Shown: positions 20,265 through 29,419 of the stretch, piece after piece
Layout of the letters: each line of letters starts with the position of its first letter
How positions within the stretch are numbered: the stretch's first letter is position 1
Source: Candidatus Eiseniibacteriota bacterium
GTDB lineage: Bacteria; Eisenbacteria; RBG-16-71-46; CAVPCR01
Length of the DNA stretch: 64,000 bases
Direction: 5' to 3'
NCBI GenBank assembly: GCA_963823555.1
Contig: CAWGMA010000001.1
Coordinates: forward strand, 1,632,001 to 1,696,000
Made by a program: the position numbers and the translations under genes
Notes under the pieces: model-generated
The model's input: only the letters and a program-made list of their open reading frames with translations
The model's database searches: none
Told to the model about the DNA's origin: nothing

Positions 20265-21470
20265 TCAACGGTAGACATCCTTGATCGAGCCCCAGGTCGA
20301 GGTCTCGACGAGCGCCTTGCCGGCGGGCGCCGGTCGCGGCAGGTCCTGCCATTCGACCATGTACCAGCGGCCGCCGGAAGCCGGCGCGAGGAGCACCTCG
20401 GCCTGGCTCCCGTTCACCTCGAGGCCGTCGTTCGGATTGAACATGAGGCGCAGGTTGAAATTCGTTACGAAGATCTCCTTCCAGTCCTCCTGCCCCGGCA
20501 CCGGCGGATCGGGATCACTCGGCACGCCGAACGTCATCCGCATCTGGAGCGAGAAGATCTCGCCTCGTTCCTGTGCCGCGAACAGGGCATCGTGGACGGC
20601 GCTCTCGGTCGTCAGCCCCCACTCCGGCGGCAGGCCGTTCTGCACGTCGTACGGCTGGAGCTCGAAGTTGAACTCGGGAAGATCGTGCGCCCCGGGAGCG
20701 AAAAGCTCCGTATAGGCGGCGGCCCGCTCCGCGGCCGAGCGCTCGGTGTCGTTGTAGATGGCGGCGATGGCATCGAGAACGCTCTCGGGCGAACCCGGCG
20801 GCGGGATCACCGGCGAGTCCCCCCGGTAAAGCGTCTTGAACGAACCCCACGTCGCCGGCTCGACCGCGGATTCCGTCTTGGGCTCGGGCCGCGGCAGATC
20901 CTGCCAGTCGCCGAGCCGCCAGGTTCCGCCCTCCGCCGGGGCGAACGCGAACTCCCCCTGTCCGCCGTTCACCTCGAGGCCGTCATTGGGATTGAACATG
21001 AGCCGCAGATAGATGTTCCGGGCGAAGATCTCCTGCCACCCCGGGCGCAGAGGATCGGGCGGCGAGAGTACCTGCGCGGAGTTGCGCGTGATGGCGAGCT
21101 GGAGGGAGTGGATGTCCCCCGCGGCCTGGGCTCCGAACATGCCCTGGTGGGCATCGACCTCCTCCTCGGCGCCCCAGGTCTCGGGCAGGCCGTTCTGGAT
21201 GTCGGCCGGCTGGAAGCGGAACACGAAACCCGGTGCGGTCTCGGTTCGCGGCCAGAGGAGCTTCGCGTACTCGTCAGCCCTTGTGGCAGCCGAATGGGTG
21301 CGATCGTTGTAGATGATCTCGATCGCCTCGAGGATCGAATCCGGAGCGCTCAGCGCGGGAACCCAGGGGCCCTCCGGCCCGGGGTCGGGTTCGACCGGGT
21401 CGTCATCGCAGGCGGATGACAGGCAGGCGAGGGAAACAAGGAGCAAACAGGCGACGCGGCGAGCGATCAT
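20265..21470 (-). CDS. Lipoprotein paralog 1 (two repeat domains, each ending in a TWG motif)
   Basis: Lipobox LSSA-C-DDDP; internal EPATWGSFKTLYR; ends ETSTWGSIKDVYR. Confidence 0.85.
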   Translation of the reverse strand: MIARRVACLLLVSLACLSSACDDDPVEPDPGPEGPWVPALSAPDSILEAIEIIYNDRTHSAATRADEYAKLLWPRTETAPGFVFRFQPADIQNGLPETWGAEEEVDAHQGMFGAQAAGDIHSLQLAITRNSAQVLSPPDPLRPGWQEIFARNIYLRLMFNPNDGLEVNGGQGEFAFAPAEGGTWRLGDWQDLPRPEPKTESAVEPATWGSFKTLYRGDSPVIPPPGSPESVLDAIAAIYNDTERSAAERAAAYTELFAPGAHDLPEFNFELQPYDVQNGLPPEWGLTTESAVHDALFAAQERGEIFSLQMRMTFGVPSDPDPPVPGQEDWKEIFVTNFNLRLMFNPNDGLEVNGSQAEVLLAPASGGRWYMVEWQDLPRPAPAGKALVETSTWGSIKDVYR

Positions 21471-21758
21471 GAACCGACCTCCCACGTGCCGCCGGGGACC
21501 CGGCCACCAGGGTCATTGCGCCCCCGGAGCCTGGCGGCTGGATCGGGACAGCCCGGGCCCCGGGACGGGTTACAGGCCCCATGATACCACCCGGTCGCCT
21601 GGCCATCCCCTGGCCGGGGTACGATGCGTGCTTTCGCTCATGGAGCGCGCACGAACTGCCGACATCGCAGGTAGTCGCGTTGGCAAGCCCGATCTTCGTG
21701 TGGCATTGCGGCCAGCATACGGCTGCGCGCGCCGCTCGCTCTGATCACCCGGGACCGT

Positions 21759-24305
21759 ATGGTGTTGCCACTGAATGACCAGAACGCCACCCAAGTGAGC
21801 CGCCACCAAGGCGAGCCCGGCAAGCCGGACCCGCCAGCCGTGGAAGAGATCCTCCGCGCGGCGCTGTCGGCCTACCTTCGTAACGCGCCGGAGACGATTG
21901 TCGAGCTGCGACGCGCGCATGCCGCGGCAGATCACACCGCCATCGCACAACGGGCGCACGCCCTCGCGTCGAGCAGCACGCTGGTTGGTGCCAGCGATCT
22001 CGCTGATCTCTGTTTCACCATCGAAAGGGAAGCCCGGAACCCGGACTCCCCGCTCTTGGCGCAGGCGATCGATGGAGTCCCCGCCACATTCCATCGACTG
22101 GCCGGGGTACTGGAAGCACGCCTCCTGGCGCCCGAGGGTGCCCATGAGCCCAGCGCCCACAGCGAGTCGCAGAAGATCCTCGTCGTTGCCGACGATCCGG
22201 CCACCCGCTCGCTCATCCAACAGCTGTTGACGGAACAAGGTTTCCTTTGCACAGCGGCGGAAGACGATGGGACAACACCCCTCACGTTAGCTGAAACCAT
22301 GGCGCCCGACCTGATCATCTTCGAAGAGAAGATGACTCTGGCCGACGGATACAGGACGTGTGCCGCCATCCACCACCTGCCGCGGCTCGCGCAAACGCCG
22401 GTTCTCCTGCTCACAGGGCACAACGGCCCGCAATCCATGCATCGGGCCGTCGAAGCCGGCATGACGGATTTCGCTACCAAGCCCATCAGTCCACCCATCC
22501 TGATCCACCGGACACGTTTCCTCCTGCGCACCAGTGAGACCCTCCAGAAGCTCCGGCAAAGCGAGATCCGATCTGCTGAAGCACAGCGCATGGCACGGCT
22601 CGGGCACTGGGAGATCGATCTCGCCACCAAGCGGTTCTCCGGGTCTGCCCAGGTCATGGCCATGCTTGGGCTTGACACCCGCAAGGCGGCTCACCTCGAC
22701 GACTATCTCGCGCTGGTGCACCCCGCCGACCGGGGCCAGCTAAGAACTGCGATCGACGACATGGTTCAAGGCGTCCACGTCGATTGCCGCCACCGCATCA
22801 TCGTCGCCGGCGGATCGCCGAGGCGCGTCCATGTTCGCGGCGAACTGGTCCGCGACGCGGAGAATGAACCTTCTGCCCTGCGCGGCACGATGCAAGTCCT
22901 CAGCCATGGGGCGCGTTCGCACCGGCGTGCTCGACATGCCACCCATGTCGATGCCATGACCGGGCTGCCTGGGCGCCTCATGTTCATCGATCGCCTGTCA
23001 GGTCTTCTGTCCCACGCTCAGCGTCATCGGCAGCAAGTGGCCATCATGCTCATCGACCTCGATGACCTCAGGCGGATCAATGACACGCTGGGACACGAGT
23101 GGGGAGACGCAGCGCTGATCGAAGTAGGGCGTCGCCTGCGCCAGAACCTGCGCGTCGAAGACGAACTCAGTCGTTGCGACGGCGACTGCGCTTCGAGCAT
23201 GGTTGCCCGCTCGGCCGACGACAAGTTTCTGATTGCGATCGGCGACCTCTCCTCCGGTGAGGACACTGCGGTGGTCGCGGCTCGGCTCCTGGAAGCTATC
23301 AGCGCTCCCATGCAGCATCGGGGCAGCGAGATCTTCGTCTCCGCCACCATTGGCATCAGCCTGTTCCCCGTCGACGGTTCAGCCCCCACCGAGCTCATCC
23401 AGCGCGCCGACATGGCCCTGCACCAAGCGAAGGAGGCAGGCCAAAATACCTTTGCGTTCTTCGACCGCTCGATGAACGAAGCCTCCATGGTTCGTCTGGT
23501 GCTCGAAACCGGACTCCGGCGCGCCATCGACACATACGAGATGAGTGCACACTATCAGCCGATCGTCGACGCCATGTCCGGTCGCATCGTCGGTGTCGAA
23601 GCGCTTACGCGCTGGCGGCATCCACAGCTCGGGCTCATCAGCCCGATGCAGTTCATTCCACTTGCCGAGCGCGTTGGGCTGATCGGCAAGATCACCACAC
23701 AGACAGTCCGTCAGGTTTGTGACGACATGCATCGCTGGGCAACCGCGGCTCTCCCGGGAGTGCATGCTGCAGTCAATATCTCGGCACAGCAGTTTCGCAA
23801 CCCACGGCTCGCCGACGAGCTCTACTGCCTAGTGCAGGAGGCGGGACACGTTCCTCAGGACTTCACGCTCGAGGTCACCGAGTCGGTCCTCATGGAAAAC
23901 CTCGAGGTTGGGGAGAAGACCCTGACCGATCTGAAGTCCCACGGGTTTCATCTGGCGATCGACGACTTCGGAACCGGGTACTCCTCGCTCACCTATCTCA
24001 AGAGATTCCCGATCGATATCATCAAGATCGACCGCACATTCATCCACGGAATCGATACCAACGATCGCCACGCAACCCTCGCCGCCGCCATCGTGGCACT
24101 GGCTCATGGACTGGGCGTCGACCCGGTGGCGGAGGGTGTCGAGAAGATCGAACAGCGCGATGTGCTCGTGGCGTGCGGCTGCACTCTGATGCAGGGGTTC
24201 CTCTTTGCCACGCCCATGCCGGGCGAGGAGCTGGCCGCCCTCCTGGCGCGGGACGGCGGCCGGATCGAAGTGGAGGCCGTTCGCGACCGGGCTCGTGCTG
24301 CCTAG
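21759..24305 (+). CDS. Hpt-REC-PAS-GGDEF(degenerate)-EAL c-di-GMP phosphodiesterase
   Basis: AHALASSS...GA..L Hpt; ILVVADD...PDLIIFE REC; VHPADR PAS; D.MTGLP...DLDDLRRIND.LGH..GD with ARSADDKF; VEALTRW, EVTES, DDFGTGYSS, AEGVE, QGF. Confidence 0.9.
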   Translation: MVLPLNDQNATQVSRHQGEPGKPDPPAVEEILRAALSAYLRNAPETIVELRRAHAAADHTAIAQRAHALASSSTLVGASDLADLCFTIEREARNPDSPLLAQAIDGVPATFHRLAGVLEARLLAPEGAHEPSAHSESQKILVVADDPATRSLIQQLLTEQGFLCTAAEDDGTTPLTLAETMAPDLIIFEEKMTLADGYRTCAAIHHLPRLAQTPVLLLTGHNGPQSMHRAVEAGMTDFATKPISPPILIHRTRFLLRTSETLQKLRQSEIRSAEAQRMARLGHWEIDLATKRFSGSAQVMAMLGLDTRKAAHLDDYLALVHPADRGQLRTAIDDMVQGVHVDCRHRIIVAGGSPRRVHVRGELVRDAENEPSALRGTMQVLSHGARSHRRARHATHVDAMTGLPGRLMFIDRLSGLLSHAQRHRQQVAIMLIDLDDLRRINDTLGHEWGDAALIEVGRRLRQNLRVEDELSRCDGDCASSMVARSADDKFLIAIGDLSSGEDTAVVAARLLEAISAPMQHRGSEIFVSATIGISLFPVDGSAPTELIQRADMALHQAKEAGQNTFAFFDRSMNEASMVRLVLETGLRRAIDTYEMSAHYQPIVDAMSGRIVGVEALTRWRHPQLGLISPMQFIPLAERVGLIGKITTQTVRQVCDDMHRWATAALPGVHAAVNISAQQFRNPRLADELYCLVQEAGHVPQDFTLEVTESVLMENLEVGEKTLTDLKSHGFHLAIDDFGTGYSSLTYLKRFPIDIIKIDRTFIHGIDTNDRHATLAAAIVALAHGLGVDPVAEGVEKIEQRDVLVACGCTLMQGFLFATPMPGEELAALLARDGGRIEVEAVRDRARAA

Positions 24306-24405
24306 TGGGCCACGGACCACGATCCCCGAGCCGCTGGCGAGAACGCCAGCCCTGGAGCTGACTCCGTGGCGTCCCGGCGGTGCTCCCCCGTGCTAGGGTT
24401 CCGCC

Positions 24406-25434
24406 ATGGAGTCCCGGGACCAGGCGGCAGTGCCCCCAAGCGGCAAGGAAGCGCGCATCGAGGCTCTTCGCGCGGAAGCGGAGTCCCGATCACGGGCCAC
24501 CGCAACGCCCGTCGCACCCACCGAGCTCCCTGCGCCCGGCAGCGAGCACGGCTACTACGGCCAGCCCATCCTCAAGGAGCCGGTCTGGACCTGGGAGATC
24601 CCGCTCTACTTCTTCCTCGGCGGCACTGCCGGTGCGGCCGCGGCCATCGCGGCCATCGCCCGCATCGCCGGCGCCGACCCGGCGCTCGAGCGCACCGCCC
24701 TTCTCGTCGCCGCCCTCTTCGCGCTCGCCTCGCCGCCGCTCCTCGTCTCGGATCTCGGCCGCCCCCGCCGCTTCCTCGCCATGCTCCGCGTCTGGAAGCT
24801 CCGCTCGCCGATGTCGGTCGGGGCGTGGACGCTCGCTCTCTTCACCCCGGCCGTCGGCCTGGCGCTCGCAGCGCGCTGGTTCGCCACGTCGCCCCTCCTG
24901 TCTGCAGCGGGCACCATCGCTGAGATCGCAGCCGCCCTCCTCGGCCTCGTGCTCCTCACCTACACCGGGGTCCTCCTCGCGGCGACCGCGATCCCGGTGT
25001 GGACCGCGCATCGCACCCTCCTCCCACCGCACTTCACCGCCTCTGCCCTCGGCTCCGCGGCAGCCGTGCTCGAGCTGTGCGGTTTTCTCGTCCCCGCGAC
25101 CCAGGCCATGGGCATCGCGGCCACGGCCTTCGAGACCGGGATCGGCATGGTCATCGAGGGCCGGCGGCGACGCATCGATGAGCCGGTCCGGCATGGCGCG
25201 ACGGGAAGGACGATCCGGATCGGTGGCGTGCTCTCGGGACCCGTGAGCCTTGCTCTCCGCCTCGCCGGCGAGAGGTGGCCCCCGGCGCGTCTCGCCGCGG
25301 CCGTGTGCTTCATCGCGGGAGCGATCGTGACCCGCTATGCCTGGGTGTCAGCGGGGCGGGCCTCGGCGCGCGATGTGGGCGCGCTCTTCGCCATGCAGCG
25401 CGGGGGGACCCGAGATCTCAGCGCACGATCTTGA
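24406..25434 (+). CDS. NrfD/PsrC-family membrane anchor (probable FDH membrane subunit)
   Basis: YYGQPILKEPVWTWEIPLYFFLGG, DLGRPRRF, SPMSVGAW, YTGVLL...IPVW. Confidence 0.85.
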   Translation: MESRDQAAVPPSGKEARIEALRAEAESRSRATATPVAPTELPAPGSEHGYYGQPILKEPVWTWEIPLYFFLGGTAGAAAAIAAIARIAGADPALERTALLVAALFALASPPLLVSDLGRPRRFLAMLRVWKLRSPMSVGAWTLALFTPAVGLALAARWFATSPLLSAAGTIAEIAAALLGLVLLTYTGVLLAATAIPVWTAHRTLLPPHFTASALGSAAAVLELCGFLVPATQAMGIAATAFETGIGMVIEGRRRRIDEPVRHGATGRTIRIGGVLSGPVSLALRLAGERWPPARLAAAVCFIAGAIVTRYAWVSAGRASARDVGALFAMQRGGTRDLSARS

Positions 25435-26494
25435 AGATCCGGTACGGGGTCGTGAGGCTCGGGCCCAGGTGGATCTGCGAGCTCGTCACGTAGACCGTCC
25501 CATCCGCGCCCAGGGCGAAGCTATCGGGCCAGGCGAGGTCCGGGCTCTGGACCAGCATCTCGACTTCCATCTCCGCCCCCACGCGCACCGTCTTGATCGC
25601 GGACTCCTCGAGCGCGGAGAGATAGAGGAGCCCATCCCGACCGAAGATGATGCCATCGGACACTCCGGTCGTCCCCACACGCTCCACCTTCTCTCCTAGC
25701 TCCGCCTCGGCGAGCGATGCGTCCCTGAGCCAGCGAGTGGCCACACGGTAGAGCGTGTGTCCGGTGAGAGCCTGGTAGTAGACGAACTCGCCCGTGTCAT
25801 CGAGGGCGATGCCGTCACAGTGCACCTCGGGCTTGACGCCTCCGGGCATCCACGGTGTGCCGCCGATCGTGAGCCCCACACCCTCCGACTTGGTGGAGGG
25901 ATGATCCGCGAGGCGGCGCGCGACCGTGCCCTGTGCGAGATCGACGACGAGGATCGCGCCGAGCCCGGATTCGCTCACGTAGGCGACATCCGCGCGGGTG
26001 TCGATCCGCACGTCGTTCAAGTAGCTCTCGGCGGGGGCTACCTCAAAGCTGAACTCGATCCGGCGGGTCACCTCGTTCGTCTCGAGATCGAAGCGGAGGA
26101 GCTTGGCCGCCCCCGGCACCACGCCCTGCCCGAGCGGGTTCCCGGCATCCACGATCCAGAGCGAGCCCTTCTCGTCGCAGACGACGCTCTGCACGCACAC
26201 GAAGCGCTCGGCGGGCGAGAGGTCCGGATCCCAGCGGTTCCACTCGTCGTCGGGGAACGGCACGATCTCCCCGCTCGCCAGGACCTCCGCCACCGAGATC
26301 GGCACGTCCGCGCTCCAGCGCGGGAAGTTGACGAAGATGCGGCCGGCGGGACTCACGGCGACCCCGGTCCACAGGCGATCGGAAGCGGCCACAACCTCGA
26401 GCCGGGCCGGCGCCGGGTCCTGGCGCTCGCCACGGCCGCACCCGAGGACCAAGAGGGAAACGATCGCCGCCAGCACAACGAGACGCCTGTCCAT
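25418..26494 (-). CDS. Major royal jelly/yellow-like beta-propeller lipoprotein
   Basis: Lipobox LVLG-C; WTGVAVS..GRIFVNFPRW, CVQSVV, YLNDVRID, DGIAL, WPDSF. Confidence 0.8.
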   Translation of the reverse strand: MDRRLVVLAAIVSLLVLGCGRGERQDPAPARLEVVAASDRLWTGVAVSPAGRIFVNFPRWSADVPISVAEVLASGEIVPFPDDEWNRWDPDLSPAERFVCVQSVVCDEKGSLWIVDAGNPLGQGVVPGAAKLLRFDLETNEVTRRIEFSFEVAPAESYLNDVRIDTRADVAYVSESGLGAILVVDLAQGTVARRLADHPSTKSEGVGLTIGGTPWMPGGVKPEVHCDGIALDDTGEFVYYQALTGHTLYRVATRWLRDASLAEAELGEKVERVGTTGVSDGIIFGRDGLLYLSALEESAIKTVRVGAEMEVEMLVQSPDLAWPDSFALGADGTVYVTSSQIHLGPSLTTPYRIFKIVR

Positions 26495-26516
26495 CGCCCG
26501 CCCTCCCCTCCGGGAG

Positions 26517-27165
26517 CTACACCGGCATCGTCTTCACGTCCCCGATGATGAGCGCCGCCGCGGTGGCGGCCTTCACCTGGTCGACCGTGACTCCCGGCGC
26601 GATCTCCACGAGCTCGAGCCCCTCGGGCGTGACATCGATCACCGCGAGCTCGGTGATGATGCGGTCGACGACCCCCTTCCCCGTGAGCGGCAGGGTGCAG
26701 GACTTGAGGATCTTCGACGCCCCGCTCTTGTCGGTGTGGGTCATGGTCACCACGATCCGCTTGGCTCCGGCGACCAGATCCATGGCCCCGCCCATGCCCT
26801 TGACCATCTTGCCCGGGATCATCCAGTTGGCGATGTCACCCTCGCTGGTCCACCTCGAGCGCGCCGAGGATGGCGAGATCGATGTGTCCGCCGCGGATCA
26901 TGGCGAAGGACTCCGGCGCTCGAGAAGTAGGAAGCGCCCGGCATCGCCGTCACCGTCTGCTTGCCGGCGTTGATGAGATCGGCGTCCTCCTCGCCCTTCG
27001 TAGGGAAAGGGACCGATCCCGAGCAGCCCGTTCTCCGAGTGGAAGACGACGCTCACGCCCGCGGGGATGTAGTTGGCGACCAGGGTCGGCATGCCGATGC
27101 CGAGGTTGACGTAGAACCCGTCCTTGCAGCTCGAGGCCGCTCTGCTGCGACGATTCGTTCTTTGC
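26517..27165 (-). CDS. scoB: 3-oxoacid CoA-transferase subunit B (multiple frameshifts, probably sequence errors)
   Basis: [46 protein letters not shown], spread over several frames. Confidence 0.75.
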
Positions 27166-27849
27166 TCGATGCGCTTTTCATAGTCGACCTCTCCTCGCAC
27201 GATGCACGTTCACGAAGATGCCGGGTGTGACGATGGCCTCGGGATCGAGTCGACCCCACGCTCGACGATCTCTTCGACCTCGGCGATCGTCGTCTCGCCC
27301 GGCGGTCGCCATCATCGGGTTGAAGTTGCGCGCCGTCTCGGCGGTAGACCAGGTTGCCGGCACGATCGGCCTTGTACGCCTTGACGAAGGCGAAATCGGC
27401 CGCGAGGCCGCGCTCGAGGACGTACTCGCGCCCGTCGAACACGCGTACCTCCTTGCCCTCGGCGACCGACGGTGCCGACGCCGGTCGGGGTGAAGAAGGC
27501 CGGGATCCCGGCGCCCGCGGCGCGGATGCGCTCGGCGAACGTCCCCTGGGGCACGAGCTCGACCTCGAGCTCGCCGTTGAGGATACATGCCCTCGAAGAA
27601 GCGGGTTCTCACCGACGTAGGTTCGCCACCATCTGCGCGACCTGGCGCCTGCCGAGGAGGAGCCCGATGCCGAAGTCGGCCACGCCGGCGTTGTTGCTCG
27701 ACCACGGTGAGATTGCCGGTGCCGCGCTGCGCCAGAGCGCTTGATCAGGTTCTCCGGGATGCCGCACAGGCCGAAGCCGCCCATGAGGACGCTGGCGCCC
27801 TCCGGCACCAGGGCCGCAGCGTCGTCGGCGGACAGGATCCGTGGGGCAT
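27150..27849 (-). CDS. scoA: 3-oxoacid CoA-transferase subunit A (multiple frameshifts)
   Basis: [66 protein letters not shown]. Confidence 0.75.
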
Positions 27850-27860
27850 GGGGGTCTCCC

Positions 27861-28277
27861 TCAGGCACGGCGCGCGCGCCGGGCGCGCACCTCGTTCCGG
27901 ATGTACTCGACCGCTTCCTGGGTGGAGGCTCCGGGACCGAACAGGCGTCCGACACCGATCTTCTGCAGCTGCCTCCTGTCCTCTTGCTGATGATGCCGCC
28001 TCCGGTGACCAGGACGTCCGAGGCTCCCTGGTCGCGCAGCAGCTCGACCACCCGCGGAAACAGCGTCATGTGGGCTCCGGACAAGATCGACAGCGCGACG
28101 ACGTCGACATCCTCCTGGACGCGCCGCGTTGACGATCATCTCCGGCGTCTGGTGCAGCCCGGTGTAGATCACCTCCATGCCGGCATCCCGGAACGCGGTG
28201 GCCACCACCCTGGCACCGCGATCGTGCCCGTCGAGCCCGGGCTTCGCCACCAGCACGCGAATCTTACGCCCGGCCAT
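27861..28277 (-). CDS. Cobalamin-binding small subunit of an acyl-CoA mutase (frameshifted)
   Basis: [18 protein letters not shown] (DxHxxG), [29 protein letters not shown]. Confidence 0.8.
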   Translation of the reverse strand: MAGRKIRVLVAKPGLDGHDRGARVVATAFRDAGMEVIYTGLHQTPEMIVNAARPGGCRRRRAVDLVRSPHDAVSAGGRAAARPGSLGRPGHRRRHHQQEDRRQLQKIGVGRLFGPGASTQEAVEYIRNEVRARRARRA

Positions 28278-29262
28278 GAGGTCCTCCCCCACCTGTCCTC
28301 GCTCCCGACCGGGCGGCGGACTCAAGAAAGGCCGCCATCAGCTCGGCGGCGGCCCGCTCAGGCGACGTCCTACCGTCGACGACGGCGGCAGTCGCCTCTT
28401 CGATCCGGTCGTCGAGGCGCTCCTCGATCCCGGTCGTGACCGTATCCGCAATGAGGCTCAGGAGACGGGCGCGGATGGCTCGCCTCCGGCGCTCGCCAGC
28501 GCGCTCACTCGCCGCGGCCGCCCGCTCCTCGAGCGCCGGCATGAGTTCGTCGACGCCGCGCCCCGTCGTCGCCTCGACGAGGAGCACGGGAACGCGAGCC
28601 GCCTCATCGCCCCGAAGGGCCAGCGCATCGCGCAGGTTCTCGGCCATCGCCTCGGCGCCCGGACGATCCGCCTTGTTGACCACCATGAGGTCGCCGATCT
28701 CGGTGATGCCGGCCTTGAGGCTCTGCACCTCGTCCCCGGCCTCCGGGACGAGCACGACCACGACCGCGTGCGCGGCTCCTGCGATCTCGAGCTCGGTCTG
28801 TCCGACACCCACCGATTCGATGAGCAGTCGCTCGTACCCGGCGAGCTCGAGGAGATCGGCGGCGTCGATCACCGTCGAGGCGAGACCGCCGTGATGACCG
28901 CGCGTCGCCATCGAGCGCACGAACACGCCCGGATCTCCACCCAGGGGCGCCATCCGGATCCGATCGCCGAGAAGCGCCCCGCCGGTGAAGGGGCTCGTCG
29001 GATCCACGGCGAGGACACCCACCCGGCGCTCGCGAGCACGATAGCGGCGCGCAACCTGGGTGATGAGGGTGCTCTTCCCGGCCCCCGGAGGACCGGTAAA
29101 GCCGATGCGACGCGCCGCGCCCGCCTCCTTTCGCGCCAGGTCGAGAAGGGGATCCGCTGCCGTGGCCAGACGGTTCTCGATCCGGGACAGGGCCTGCGCC
29201 AGTGCGCGGCGATCACCCTGGCGGATGCGCGTCGCCAGCTCGGCGGTCGCCGCAGAGCTCAC
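28264..29262 (-). CDS. meaB: Mutase-associated GTPase MeaB
   Basis: [44 protein letters not shown]. Confidence 0.9.
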   Translation of the reverse strand: MSSAATAELATRIRQGDRRALAQALSRIENRLATAADPLLDLARKEAGAARRIGFTGPPGAGKSTLITQVARRYRARERRVGVLAVDPTSPFTGGALLGDRIRMAPLGGDPGVFVRSMATRGHHGGLASTVIDAADLLELAGYERLLIESVGVGQTELEIAGAAHAVVVVLVPEAGDEVQSLKAGITEIGDLMVVNKADRPGAEAMAENLRDALALRGDEAARVPVLLVEATTGRGVDELMPALEERAAAASERAGERRRRAIRARLLSLIADTVTTGIEERLDDRIEEATAAVVDGRTSPERAAAELMAAFLESAARSGARTGGGGPHGRA

Positions 29263-29419
29263 CGCGCACACTCGGGCCGCGGGCACGATCGGGCTCGGAC
29301 AGGAAATCCTTCGACAAGGGCCATCCTCGCTGGGAGTCCGGGGAACACGGGGCTCACAGCATAGCGGGCCGGGGCCGGGCCCCGCAAGCACGGCCCGCCG
29401 GCCGTCACTGGCCCCCCAT

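Noticed and set aside
18359..21470. Lipoprotein repeats as DGR template/variable regions
   Set aside because: No reverse transcriptase in the window; differences are not adenine-specific and all copies are coding.
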